This document shows, piece by piece, positions 37,718-46,920 of a stretch of DNA of 51,883 nt (position 1 is the stretch's first letter; each line of letters opens with the position of its first letter). A program made the position numbers and the translations under genes. Under the pieces are notes generated by a model that searched no databases, was not told the DNA's origin, and saw nothing but the letters and a program-made list of their open reading frames with translations. Source of the DNA: a virus (lineage: Duplodnaviria > Caudoviricetes); the IMG/VR virus record IMGVR_UViG_3300030380_000566, positions 1 through 51,883 of that record, one strand, 5' to 3'.

Positions 37718-37839
37718 TGTACGGAAAAAAGACAATGAAAAAGAAGACAACTAAAAAAATGACCATGAAAGAAAAAATGGCAAAGCTTAGAAAAATGAAG
37801 GGCAAAAATAAAAAGAAGAAAACTTCTTCTTATAGCTAA
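37714..37839 (+). CDS. Tiny Lys/Met-rich protein (41 aa)
   Basis: Not in the ORF track. SD AGGAGG; MMYGKKTMKKKTTKKMTMKEKMAKLRKMKGKNKKKKTSSYS*. Confidence 0.6.
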   Translation: MMYGKKTMKKKTTKKMTMKEKMAKLRKMKGKNKKKKTSSYS

Positions 37840-37973
37840 TGCCAGTCAGAAAAGTCAAAGGTGGCTATAGGTGGGGTAGTAAAGGTAAAATCTACCCTAC
37901 TAAAGCTTTAGCAGAAAAGCAAGGCAGAGCAATCATGGCTTCTAAAGGAAAAAAGAAGGGTGGCAAAAGCTAA
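37839..37973 (+). CDS. Tiny basic protein (44 aa)
   Basis: Not in the ORF track. TAATG coupling; MPVRKVKGGYRWGSKGKIYPTKALAEKQGRAIMASKGKKKGGKS*. Confidence 0.65.
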   Translation: MPVRKVKGGYRWGSKGKIYPTKALAEKQGRAIMASKGKKKGGKS

Positions 37974-38124
37974 AAAAATAATCCAAAAAGACGGCACAAC
38001 CAGTCATTGGAAAAAACTAATACAGCACAAAAGTTGCTCCTTCTGTTCAAATGAAGCTATGCATTATGAAAAATTTAAGTATTATTGTAAACAGTGTTAT
38101 AAGGAGAAAATAAATGGCAAATAA
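37960..38124 (+). CDS. Small CxxC-CxxC zinc-finger protein (54 aa)
   Basis: Not in the ORF track. GTG start; ...KSCSFCSNEAMHYEKFKYYCKQCYKEKINGK*. Confidence 0.55.
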   Translation: MAKAKKIIQKDGTTSHWKKLIQHKSCSFCSNEAMHYEKFKYYCKQCYKEKINGK

Positions 38125-38299
38125 AACAGTATTAGCACCTAAAGGTTTTCATTGGATGAAAGCAGGTAAAGGTTATAAGTTAATGAAAGGTGATTATAAA
38201 CCTCACACAGGTGCAGTTAAAAGAGCATCTTTTGAGATACAAAAGGTACATAAAAATGGCAAAAGCAAAAATAAAAAAGGTGGCAGCAGCAGAAATTAG
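38114..38299 (+). CDS. Small basic protein
   Basis: SD AAGGAG; APKGFHWMK...KLMKG.YKPH.GA motif. Confidence 0.65.
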   Translation: MANKTVLAPKGFHWMKAGKGYKLMKGDYKPHTGAVKRASFEIQKVHKNGKSKNKKGGSSRN

Positions 38300-38447
38300 A
38301 GCTGCAAAAAAATTTTTAGAACGTAAAGGATTTAAAGCTACTGATATTCCACCAAGACTTTTTGCTATGGCTGCAAAAGAACTTGATAAATCTTTTACTC
38401 AAACTCTACAAGTATTAGCACAATCCCAAACAGCAGGAACAGTTTAA
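38256..38447 (+). CDS. Small basic protein
   Basis: Start moved to ATG 38256 (MAKAKIKKVAAAEIRAAKKFL...). Confidence 0.6.
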   Translation: MAKAKIKKVAAAEIRAAKKFLERKGFKATDIPPRLFAMAAKELDKSFTQTLQVLAQSQTAGTV

Positions 38448-38683
38448 TGACTATAGATCCTTTTTTGGTTTGGAATATAGTTTTGTCTTTTATAGTTGTG
38501 CCTTTTGGATGGGCATTTGGCAAGATGTTTTCAGAGGTAAAAAGATTGCAAATATTATTAAACAGAACAAGAGAAGATTACGCAACAAAATCCGAGCTTC
38601 GCAATGAAACAAGAGAAATCAAGGAATTAGTAATTCGCATAGAACAAAAGCTTGATAGATTCATTGAGAAGCAAAATGGTTGA
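38447..38683 (+). CDS. Small membrane-anchored coiled-coil protein
   Basis: N-terminal TM (LVWNIVLSFIVVPFGW), LLNRTREDY and RIEQKLD. Confidence 0.65.
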   Translation: MTIDPFLVWNIVLSFIVVPFGWAFGKMFSEVKRLQILLNRTREDYATKSELRNETREIKELVIRIEQKLDRFIEKQNG

Positions 38684-39320
38684 ACCTGTAACAGCTGTAC
38701 TAACAGGTATAGCTTTAGTAAAAAAATCTGTAGATTTTATTAAACAAAATATACAAACCTGTAATGATATAGGAGATATCATTGGTCATATAGATAAAGC
38801 TATGACTGGTGAACAACAAGTTATAAAAGAAAGAGATAAATCTGGTGCAGATCCTTTTGCTGTGGGTACTGTGGCTCAAGAAATTATAGATGCTAAATTA
38901 GCCAGAGAACACTTAAACCAAGTGCGCAATCTTGTTAATTTAAGGTTTGGTCCTGGTACATGGGAATATATATTGCAAGAACGTAAAAAACGTATTGATG
39001 CACAAAAACAAGCTATCAAAGAAGCAAAAGCTGCAAAATTAAAAAAGCAGCAAGAAATAGCAGAGTACATTAAGTACGGATTAATTACTATTATAACTTT
39101 AGCTTTTATAGGAGTAGCTATAGGTATTACATTTAAATTTTTTGTATCAGCAACTAATAAAGTATATGCACACAATATTGAGCAAGATGATGGGAGCTGT
39201 AGGCTTTACGATTATAAATATTTTTTAATATGTATGAATGAAGGCAGAGATTATGCAGATACAGAATTATATTTAGATTATAAAAAGCAGAAAGAGCAAT
39301 GGATTGAAAGTATTGATTAA
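38676..39320 (+). CDS. Membrane protein with coiled coil
   Basis: Start moved to ATG 38676 (MVEPVTAVL...); RFGPGTW motif and one TM helix. Confidence 0.6.
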   Translation: MVEPVTAVLTGIALVKKSVDFIKQNIQTCNDIGDIIGHIDKAMTGEQQVIKERDKSGADPFAVGTVAQEIIDAKLAREHLNQVRNLVNLRFGPGTWEYILQERKKRIDAQKQAIKEAKAAKLKKQQEIAEYIKYGLITIITLAFIGVAIGITFKFFVSATNKVYAHNIEQDDGSCRLYDYKYFLICMNEGRDYADTELYLDYKKQKEQWIESID

Positions 39321-39347
39321 TTTATCATTTAACAGTATAAATAAGAT
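39313..39347 (+). promoter_or_regulatory. Candidate promoter giving a leaderless mRNA
   Basis: TTGATT-17bp-TATAAA ends at 39341; ATG at 39348 has no SD. Confidence 0.4.
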
Positions 39348-39551
39348 ATGAAGCCAGAGAACTTAGATAAATGGCGCATATGGCCAAGACTGTTAATTAC
39401 TCTTTATGGTTTAGCTTTTTTTAGAGTAACAGAGTGGTTTATGCAACTTGAAGATCCAACTAATGCACAGTCTGCTTTTGTTAGTGTTTTAGTAGGAGCA
39501 GGTGCTGCATGGTTTGGTTTATATTGTGGGACTGGTAAGAAAAGTGAGTAA
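39348..39551 (+). CDS. Two-TM membrane protein (holin-like)
   Basis: WRIWPRLL...WFM.L..PT..Q.AFVS...GAGAAWFGLY; close to the lysozyme gene. Confidence 0.6.
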   Translation: MKPENLDKWRIWPRLLITLYGLAFFRVTEWFMQLEDPTNAQSAFVSVLVGAGAAWFGLYCGTGKKSE

Positions 39552-39882
39552 CAAAGAAGCTAAACTTAAAAAGTATGGTTTAAAAGGTTTAAATAAACCT
39601 AAACGAACCCCAAACCACCCAACAAAGAAAGGTATAGTAGCAGTTAAAGATGGTGAAAAAATTAAAATTATTCGCTTTGGCGACCAAAAAATGGGTCACA
39701 ACTATAGTGACGAAGCTCGTAAAAACTTTAAACAACGGCATGCTAAAAATATTAAAAAAGGTAAAACAAGTGCTGCATTTTGGGCGAACAAAGTTTTTTG
39801 GTCTGGTGAAAAGGGCTCTAAAAAGAATCCACCAAAAAGTCAAAAGCATGTTAAAGGGAGAGTAAAAGGTGGCAGATCTTAA
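39544..39882 (+). CDS. Lys-rich protein (DUF5754-like)
   Basis: GTG 39544 is the likely start; KIIRFGDQKM...RKNFKQRH...SAAFWANKVFW motif. Confidence 0.55.
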   Translation: MSNKEAKLKKYGLKGLNKPKRTPNHPTKKGIVAVKDGEKIKIIRFGDQKMGHNYSDEARKNFKQRHAKNIKKGKTSAAFWANKVFWSGEKGSKKNPPKSQKHVKGRVKGGRS

Positions 39883-40333
39883 AAGTAAATTAATAGACTT
39901 AATATCTTTACATGAAGGTGTTAAGTATAGAGTGTATGATGATGCTAATGGTAAGGAGATTAAAGCTGGTGATACTTTAGTTGGTCATCCTACTATTGGT
40001 GTTGGTAGGAATGTGGCTAGTGATGGGCTAGGTTTAAGTATAGAAGAAATAAATTTTATTCTAGTCAATGATATTAACAGAGTAATAGGAGAAGCTAAAG
40101 ATTGGGTATTTTTTAATGGGCTAAGTGAAGTAAGACAAGCTGTTATTATAGATATGCTCTTCAACATGGGCAGAACTAGATTCAATCCTGGTAAATGGCC
40201 GAACTTCTTCGGAGCAATAAAAGACCATAACTGGGAAAAAGCTTCTAAAGAGATGTTAGACTCTTCTTGGTCAAAGCAAGTCAAATCAAGAGCTGAAAGG
40301 CTAAGTAAAATGATGTTAACTGACCAATGGTAA
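39869..40333 (+). CDS. Endolysin, T4-lysozyme-like (GH24)
   Basis: HEG....YDD, TIGVGRN, DMLFNMG and EMLDS.W..QV..RA.RL motifs. Confidence 0.88.
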   Translation: MADLKSKLIDLISLHEGVKYRVYDDANGKEIKAGDTLVGHPTIGVGRNVASDGLGLSIEEINFILVNDINRVIGEAKDWVFFNGLSEVRQAVIIDMLFNMGRTRFNPGKWPNFFGAIKDHNWEKASKEMLDSSWSKQVKSRAERLSKMMLTDQW

Positions 40334-40364
40334 TTTTACTTTTAAATAATTGTGGTTATAATAA

Positions 40365-40454
40365 ATGACATTAATTAGAGCAAAGTTTAGCAAACTTTTA
40401 AAACCTAACAAAAAGAAGAAGAAGAAAAGGAGAAAAAAGAAAAATGCAAAATGA
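40365..40454 (+). CDS. Tiny poly-Lys peptide (29 aa)
   Basis: Not in the ORF track. MTLIRAKFSKLLKPNKKKKKKRRKKKNAK*, immediately after TTTACT-16bp-TATAAT. Confidence 0.4.
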   Translation: MTLIRAKFSKLLKPNKKKKKKRRKKKNAK

Positions 40455-40596
40455 TGTAACAATTAATGTAACTGGAGTTTCTTCAAAAAGCGAGGTGCAA
40501 CTTGACAATAACAGACCTACTGGAGAAGATAAAGAAGACGTTAGAAAGCCAGAGACAAAATCTAGCGAACGAGATGATAGAGGGCAGGATAAGTGA
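40444..40596 (+). CDS. Small protein (50 aa) overlapping the next gene
   Basis: Not in the ORF track. SD AAGGAG; MQNDVTINVTGVSSKSEVQLDNNRPTGEDKEDVRKPETKSSERDDRGQDK*. Confidence 0.4.
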   Translation: MQNDVTINVTGVSSKSEVQLDNNRPTGEDKEDVRKPETKSSERDDRGQDK

Positions 40597-40699
40597 TTTT
40601 GCTCAATATCAAAAGACTGTCGGTATTGCTGAAGGCTTAAAACAAGCCACCATCGAAATCGATAGAGTTTATAAACAATTAGATAGAGAGGATGAATAA
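40502..40699 (+). CDS. Small conserved head-module protein
   Basis: TTG start with SD GAGG; G...DF..Y...VG...GL pattern, typical just upstream of phage GroES. Confidence 0.65.
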   Translation: MTITDLLEKIKKTLESQRQNLANEMIEGRISDFAQYQKTVGIAEGLKQATIEIDRVYKQLDREDE

Positions 40700-40701
40700 A
40701 C

Positions 40702-41100
40702 ATGGCTCATCTCCATGCAGCAAACTGGGACAACGACCCAGAAACAAACGTTCCTAAAAACTTACCAGAACCTACAGGATGGCGAGTTTTAATTCAACCA
40801 CAAGCCCCAAAAAAGAAAACCACAGGTGGCATTTATTTACCATCACAATCTCAAGACAATGAAGAGTATTTAACAGCACATGGTATTATATTAGCTGTTG
40901 GTCCTCTAGCATGGTGCGAAAGAGCATCAGGCAAACCATGGGAAGGTGGTAATTGGGCTAGATGTGGAGACCATGTTACCTTTGGAAAATATGCAGGACA
41001 AAAGCTTATCATAGAAAGAGTAAAATTATTACTTTTAAATGATGACGAGATTACTTCTGTATTACCATCAGGGTGCAACATACAAAATTATTTACCATAA
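40702..41100 (+). CDS. groES: Co-chaperonin GroES (phage-encoded)
   Basis: PTGWRVLI, KTTGGIYLP, AVGP, GD.V.FGKYAG and LLNDDEI motifs. Confidence 0.88.
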   Translation: MAHLHAANWDNDPETNVPKNLPEPTGWRVLIQPQAPKKKTTGGIYLPSQSQDNEEYLTAHGIILAVGPLAWCERASGKPWEGGNWARCGDHVTFGKYAGQKLIIERVKLLLLNDDEITSVLPSGCNIQNYLP

Positions 41101-41121
41101 CTTAATGAAAGGACGTGGCTC

Positions 41122-41994
41122 ATGACCATGGAAAATGAAAAAGAACAAGAAGAACTTGAAGTAGAAATAGAAGAAAATAAAGCTGAAGAACCTGAAGTAG
41201 TAGAAGAATCCACTCAACCAACAAAACAAGAAGTAACTCCAACAGAAGAAGATGAAGAATACTCTCAAAGGGTTCAACGTAGAATAAATAAATTAGTACA
41301 ACAACGTAAAGAGTCTGATGCTAAAGCTGAAGAAAAAGACCAAGAACTTACAGCATTAAAACAAAGACTAGAAAGACTCGAACAAGGTGAAACAGTAAAG
41401 GCTCAAAAGCAGTTTGAAGACAGATATGTTTCTGTAAAGCAAGAGATGCAAAAAGCTATAGAAGAAGGTGACACAGCTAAACAAGTTGACTATGCAGAGC
41501 AATTAGCTGATATCCGTGCAGCAATGAAAGTATCAGAACTTCAAAGGCAACAAACTGTTCAACAAAAAACTCAATCACCTACTGTAGGTCGTGCTGCCCA
41601 ACCTCAAGCACCAAAAAAGGCTATGGACTGGTGGGGTAAGAATCAGTGGTTTAACTCAGCTGGATATGAGAGAGAAACTGCTGCTGCTAGGTCTATAGAT
41701 GTTCAATTAGATTTAGAAGGCTATGATAAAGAATCTGACCAATATTATGAAACTTTAAATAATCGTTTACAAAAAATATTTCCCGAGTTAATATCAAAAA
41801 CAGATATGCCAGTTAAAACGAGACCAAAAAGCAGTCAAACAATAGTCGCACCATCTGCAGGTGGGTCAACAAAAACAGGTAATAGAGTTAAGATGACAAA
41901 GGAGCAATTACGCATGGCTAGAGAAATAGGTTTAACAACACCTGACCAAATTAAAGCTTATGCAGAAGAACTAAAAAAACAGGAGAGAACCTAA
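41122..41994 (+). CDS. Capsid scaffolding protein
   Basis: Acidic N-terminus, YSQRVQRRINKL coiled coil, W..KN.WF and C-terminal A..IG.T...YA; upstream of the capsid genes. Confidence 0.7.
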   Translation: MTMENEKEQEELEVEIEENKAEEPEVVEESTQPTKQEVTPTEEDEEYSQRVQRRINKLVQQRKESDAKAEEKDQELTALKQRLERLEQGETVKAQKQFEDRYVSVKQEMQKAIEEGDTAKQVDYAEQLADIRAAMKVSELQRQQTVQQKTQSPTVGRAAQPQAPKKAMDWWGKNQWFNSAGYERETAAARSIDVQLDLEGYDKESDQYYETLNNRLQKIFPELISKTDMPVKTRPKSSQTIVAPSAGGSTKTGNRVKMTKEQLRMAREIGLTTPDQIKAYAEELKKQERT

Positions 41995-42476
41995 TGGTAG
42001 AAAAAAGAAATGTAAGAGCTCAAGAAACTCAATCTAATTCTCGTGAGCAAAATGCTCGTGACAATACAAGCTGGAAACCACCATCATTACTGGACGCTCC
42101 TCCAGCACGACCAGGAATGGTGCAAAGGTGGATAGCTACCTCGATTCTGGGGAAGGAAACTCCCGACAATGTTTATAAAAGAAAAAGAGCAGGTTGGGAA
42201 CCAAGACCATCAGATACAGTGGGAACTTTTGCAGTGCCTACTTTGAATCATGGTCAGTGGGCAGGATGTATCGGTGTTGAAGGCATGATACTTTGTGAAA
42301 TGCCAGAAGAAAAATTCAGTCAAATGAAGGCTTATTACAAAGAAAAAGATATAGAACAAAACATGTCTGTAAGCAGTGATTTACGAACTGCAGAAAGAGC
42401 TGGTGGTATTCCGATTCAGGAGACAAGAAAAAGTAGTGTTAGTCGTGGCAGAGACATATCCGTCATGGACGATTAA
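41994..42476 (+). CDS. Conserved head-module protein
   Basis: WKPPSLLDAPP.RPG...RWI...GWEPR...G.I.VEGMILC motif. Confidence 0.65.
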   Translation: MVEKRNVRAQETQSNSREQNARDNTSWKPPSLLDAPPARPGMVQRWIATSILGKETPDNVYKRKRAGWEPRPSDTVGTFAVPTLNHGQWAGCIGVEGMILCEMPEEKFSQMKAYYKEKDIEQNMSVSSDLRTAERAGGIPIQETRKSSVSRGRDISVMDD

Positions 42477-42507
42477 CAATTTTTAATTTTTTTATAGAGA
42501 GGTAAAT

Positions 42508-43059
42508 ATGGCAAACGTAGATTCACCATTTGGTTTTGTACCATCTAGGCATATGTCTGGTTCTCCTATAAGAACAAACAAATATACTATTACTAGTGGA
42601 TTAGCTGAAAACATCTTTAATGGTGATTTAGTTATTCTAACTGCTGATGGGGTTATAACACCTCACACAGCTACAGAAGTAAATAATCTCGGTGTATTTG
42701 CTGGAGTGTCTTATACAGCTTCAGATGGTTCTTATCAATATAGCGAGTACTGGCCATCAGGCACAACTGGTACAGATATTATAGCTTATGTGTATGACGA
42801 TCCTTACATTATATACAAAGTTCAATCAGACGGCTCACCAGCACAAACAGATCTTGGTGCTTGTGCAGATGTAGTAGCTGACGCAGGTTCAACAACTACT
42901 GGACAGTCTGGTTTTCAACTTAATTCAAGCATGGGTACAGGTACAGCAACATGTAAGATTATAGGACTTTATCAATCCCCAGAAAATGCATTTGGGGCAA
43001 ACGCAGTTGTGGAAGTGTTAATTAATGAGCACATCCTCAAAGCAACAGCAGGAATATAG
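42508..43059 (+). CDS. Capsid-associated (decoration/cement-like) protein
   Basis: MANVDSPFGF.P, IFNGD, GVFAG, V.DDP and GSTTTGQS motifs; directly before the major capsid gene. Confidence 0.6.
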   Translation: MANVDSPFGFVPSRHMSGSPIRTNKYTITSGLAENIFNGDLVILTADGVITPHTATEVNNLGVFAGVSYTASDGSYQYSEYWPSGTTGTDIIAYVYDDPYIIYKVQSDGSPAQTDLGACADVVADAGSTTTGQSGFQLNSSMGTGTATCKIIGLYQSPENAFGANAVVEVLINEHILKATAGI

Positions 43060-43070
43060 GAGATTAAATT

Positions 43071-43982
43071 ATGGCAATGAATAGAGCACAATTTGCTAAA
43101 ATGCTAGAGCCAGGATTGAATACCTTATTCGGGCTAGAGTATGCAAGATACCCTGAAGAGTATCAAAAAGTATTTGAATCAAATACTTCTAACAGGGCAT
43201 TTGAAGAGGATGTATTGCTTGAGGGATTCGGTAATGCACCTGTAAAAGGTGAAGGCGCACCTGTAAGTTATGACTCAGCGAGTCAAGGATTTACAGCTAG
43301 ATATCAACATGAAACTATTGCATTAGCTTTTAGTATCACTGAAGAAGCAGAAGAAGATGGACAGTATGGTTCAATTGCTGGTAGGTATACTAAGGCTTTA
43401 GCTAGGTCAATGGCTTCAACTAAAGAAATCAAAGCTGCAAATATTTTAAATAATGCCACATCAGCAGGAGCATTTGCTGGTGGAGATGGTGTTGCTTTAC
43501 TAAGCACTAGTCATCCAACTAGAGCTGGTAACCAAAGTAACACATTAGCAACAGCAGCAGATTTAAGTGAGACATCTCTTGAAACTATGTTAATTAACAT
43601 AGCTGATATGAAAGATGACAGAGGACTAAGAATCGCAGCACAAGGAACAATGTTAATTATTCCTACTGCTTACATTTTTACTGCTCAAAGATTACTTGAG
43701 TCTACTCTAAGAACTGGCACAGCAGACAACGATCTTAATGCAATTAACTCTGGTAATTATTTACCACAAGGGTTTCATGTAATGAGAAGACTGTCTGATA
43801 GTGATGGTTTCTTTATTAAGACAGACGTACCTGACGGACTTAAAATGTTCCAAAGAACTGCCTTGAAAAAAGGTATTGAAGGTGAGTTTGAAACTGGTAA
43901 TGTTCGCTACAAAGTTAGAGAAAGATACAGTTTCGGTTTTACTGACTGGAGAGGAATATTCGGTACCGAAGGTGCTGCTTAA
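43071..43982 (+). CDS. Major capsid protein (HK97 fold, Mu gpT-like family)
   Basis: MAMNRAQFAKMLEPGLN..FG, S.RAFEE, ARY.HETIALAF.ITEEA.ED and RERYSFG..DWRG.FG motifs. Confidence 0.9.
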   Translation: MAMNRAQFAKMLEPGLNTLFGLEYARYPEEYQKVFESNTSNRAFEEDVLLEGFGNAPVKGEGAPVSYDSASQGFTARYQHETIALAFSITEEAEEDGQYGSIAGRYTKALARSMASTKEIKAANILNNATSAGAFAGGDGVALLSTSHPTRAGNQSNTLATAADLSETSLETMLINIADMKDDRGLRIAAQGTMLIIPTAYIFTAQRLLESTLRTGTADNDLNAINSGNYLPQGFHVMRRLSDSDGFFIKTDVPDGLKMFQRTALKKGIEGEFETGNVRYKVRERYSFGFTDWRGIFGTEGAA

Positions 43983-43999
43983 TATATTCACCCTAAAGG

Positions 44000-44022
44000 T
44001 AGGGGAGTTACATACTCCCCTA
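44000..44022 (+). terminator. Stable hairpin after the capsid gene (weak terminator, attenuator or mRNA stabiliser)
   Basis: TAGGGGAGT-TACAT-ACTCCCCTA; no U-tract follows. Confidence 0.5.
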
Positions 44023-44029
44023 ACTTCAA

Positions 44030-46906
44030 ATGGAATTAAACCTAAATAAAAAAGACGGAGCTCTTCCGTCCGCTGAAGAATTAAGCACAGTTAAAAAAAT
44101 TTTTCCAAATAGAGATCCTTTAGAAGCTTATCAATGGTGGGATTCAGTTGGCTTCCCTGTTACAGAGTTAATGAATGCAGTAACACCAGTTGATACACCT
44201 ATAGATGAGTTACCAGAAGGACTAGCTAAATACTATGCTAATAAAAGATTATCAGGCACTGGCATGAGTGGTAGCGAGTTAGCGATGCTACAAAATCAAG
44301 ACAAGCTAGGAGCAATACCAGAATTAATGAATCGTTTTGCTAGAGAAGTTCCTATAGTAGAATTTACACCTGAAGATGCAAAATTTGGAGTATTTGGTGA
44401 TGTATCTTTAGGTAGAGTAAAAACGAAAGCTGAAGATTTTACAGAACAATCAGCACAAAAAACAGCTGATGCTTTTACAGCAGGTTATGGTTTAAAAACT
44501 TTACCTCTTTATGCATTTCCACTCACTGAACCTGTAGCTATAGGCATAGACATATTGGAGGGTATAGCTACAAGAGACCCAATTCAAACAGGTACAGCAG
44601 CATTATTATCACAATCTATGAGCCCTAAGGCTCAAGCTATAATTGCTGGGGCTTCTGTATTTATGCCTTTTGATGCTGAGGCAGTTAAGATAGTTGGTTC
44701 TCCTGAATTATTTAGTGGGGTAGTAGAGAAAATAAAAGGTGCTCCTAGTAAAGTCAGAGGAGAAGAACTCAAACAAAAGCCTGAGAACTGGATGGGTGGT
44801 ATGTTAAAAGGTGGCACTACTCTTAAAATTAACAATATGGAAATACCTATAAAAACTAGTGAAGTTGAAAATATGATGAGGCTTATTAAAAATAATAAGC
44901 TGGACGATAAATTATTGTCTAGGGATGAGATGGTAAAAGTTTTAGAAGACCAATATTATACATCCTTTATATCTGAAAAAACTAGCCCTAATTATTTTAA
45001 TAGGTTAGGCAATATGGAAACTACTAAAATAGAATTACCTAAAGATGGTGATGTACCTAAAGATTTATTAGAAATAGCTAACTATCTAACTAGAGATGCA
45101 GGAGTTCACCATGGCGGTGAACAAGGTATCATAAGCCACTCACTAATTAAAAAAGATACTAATTTTGGTAGTGATATTGATACAAGAACTATTAATTACG
45201 AAATTACAGAGATACAAAGTGACATGGCTTCAGATGCACATAAGTTCGGTATATTCGGTAGTCCTAAAAATAATATGTATCAAGACCTTAAACAGTCTTA
45301 TAAAGATATACGTGGTCGAGCTAAATATTTAAATTTAAGTCCTGCTGGTGGAAAATTACCAGATTTAAATTCAGTATATTTACCTACTAATAGAGATAAA
45401 ATAATAGAAAAGTATGGTGCAGGTGATGCTGTAGGTGGTGGCAATAGAGTAGACAGCTATGCTGCTGCAGTATTTGATAGATATAAAGGTGCATTACAAG
45501 AAGTTGATAGTCTTTATACAGACGAATATTTAGGTAAGCTTTACGACTTATCTACTGATAAATTATTTAAAAATAAATATGAAAAAGATGAATTTATAGA
45601 TCTTACTAGAAAACGCATGAAAGATAGAATAGTCAATAGCTTAGACTCAGGAGAGACTAACGGAGCAAATGTTATACAGTTATTAGACATGACAGCTAGA
45701 GGTTACACAACTTCTCCTAGATCTTTATATAGTTCTGTTTATAATGCTTTACAGAAAAAAGTTAACGACTTACACCCTTCTTATAACAGAGATGATTTTA
45801 ATACTTTAGGATTTAATTCAGAACAAGAAGAAGTATATGATGTATTTAAAAAAGTAGAAGGAGGTATAAAAGACTTTGATACTCTATCAAGGGCTAATCC
45901 TATAAATCAAGGTAGTGTACCAGCTCAAACTCCTTTAATGAAAAATTTAGATTATGTTGAGTTTGAAATAAAAAAGCACCTTGTAAAAGCTGCAAATGAA
46001 GATGCTAGCAAATTTATACTTCCAGGAGAAGAACCTGTAAGATATTGGTCTCAGAGAGGGCAAAATGAACAATTTTTAAATACTATATATAGTTTAGTGC
46101 CTGATAGTAAAAAAGGTTACAAAGGTAAAATAGGTCAAGTTCTAACTAAACTCAGTAAAAAGTACAACATACCTTTTAGGCTAGAAGGTGATGTAGATGT
46201 TAAAAATACAACTATGAACAATATATTTAAAAAAGATTTAAATGGTTTAAGGAATTTATCAGATTTAAGTGGTGAAGATGCTATAAGCACTGTTGATAAT
46301 CCTGGTAATCCTTTAAATGAAATTATGGAATCAACAAACTCTACAATTAAACAAAGAGTTAGAGATTATAAAAGAGATTACATACAAGACTATTACCGAA
46401 GAAATAATATAACAGAAGATGATTTCATGGTTTATGAAGGCAATGCTATCGACGAATTTAATACTTTTGTAAGGGACAACCCTAATGAATTAATAAAAGA
46501 GACTGAGATGTTAGATATTGTTGATTGGGATGGCATAGGTAAAGGTTTTGATGCGATGGCTAAAGGTAGTGAATTTAAAGATGTAAAACTAGCCTCAGAC
46601 ATGCTAATGCAAATATCAGGTAATACTAGAAACATATTTGATTATACTATACAGAATTTAAAAGGTTCAGATGGTTGGAATTTTGGAAATATTCAAAATC
46701 TTGAAGAACTTATGCAAAGTAAATTAAAAGAAGCTATAAAACGAGGTAAACGAGAATTTTTAGATACTCTCCCAACTTCTAAGAAAAATGAGTTATTAGA
46801 AGCAGGAGTTATAGGTTTAGATGAAAATGCTAAATTTGTAGTTGAATTAGATGATGTTCTAAAAGAGCAGATTATTGAACAAGGCTTTCCAATAACTGGT
46901 TTATAA
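44030..46906 (+). CDS. Large hypothetical protein with EIQSD motif, inserted after the capsid gene
   Basis: 958 aa; H...HSL...YEITEIQSD, PLMK and A.NE....F.LP segments recall large virion polyvalent proteins. Confidence 0.6.
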   Translation: MELNLNKKDGALPSAEELSTVKKIFPNRDPLEAYQWWDSVGFPVTELMNAVTPVDTPIDELPEGLAKYYANKRLSGTGMSGSELAMLQNQDKLGAIPELMNRFAREVPIVEFTPEDAKFGVFGDVSLGRVKTKAEDFTEQSAQKTADAFTAGYGLKTLPLYAFPLTEPVAIGIDILEGIATRDPIQTGTAALLSQSMSPKAQAIIAGASVFMPFDAEAVKIVGSPELFSGVVEKIKGAPSKVRGEELKQKPENWMGGMLKGGTTLKINNMEIPIKTSEVENMMRLIKNNKLDDKLLSRDEMVKVLEDQYYTSFISEKTSPNYFNRLGNMETTKIELPKDGDVPKDLLEIANYLTRDAGVHHGGEQGIISHSLIKKDTNFGSDIDTRTINYEITEIQSDMASDAHKFGIFGSPKNNMYQDLKQSYKDIRGRAKYLNLSPAGGKLPDLNSVYLPTNRDKIIEKYGAGDAVGGGNRVDSYAAAVFDRYKGALQEVDSLYTDEYLGKLYDLSTDKLFKNKYEKDEFIDLTRKRMKDRIVNSLDSGETNGANVIQLLDMTARGYTTSPRSLYSSVYNALQKKVNDLHPSYNRDDFNTLGFNSEQEEVYDVFKKVEGGIKDFDTLSRANPINQGSVPAQTPLMKNLDYVEFEIKKHLVKAANEDASKFILPGEEPVRYWSQRGQNEQFLNTIYSLVPDSKKGYKGKIGQVLTKLSKKYNIPFRLEGDVDVKNTTMNNIFKKDLNGLRNLSDLSGEDAISTVDNPGNPLNEIMESTNSTIKQRVRDYKRDYIQDYYRRNNITEDDFMVYEGNAIDEFNTFVRDNPNELIKETEMLDIVDWDGIGKGFDAMAKGSEFKDVKLASDMLMQISGNTRNIFDYTIQNLKGSDGWNFGNIQNLEELMQSKLKEAIKRGKREFLDTLPTSKKNELLEAGVIGLDENAKFVVELDDVLKEQIIEQGFPITGL

Positions 46907-46920
46907 GGTATAAATAATTA

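Noticed and set aside
38040-38053. Fourth operator-like match (CTTCTGTTCAAATG)
   Set aside because: It is inside a coding region, mismatches at both ends and has no adjacent -35 box; probably chance.
40702-41100. GroES without GroEL as a novelty
   Set aside because: Stand-alone co-chaperonins for capsid folding are common in phages (e.g. T4 gp31).
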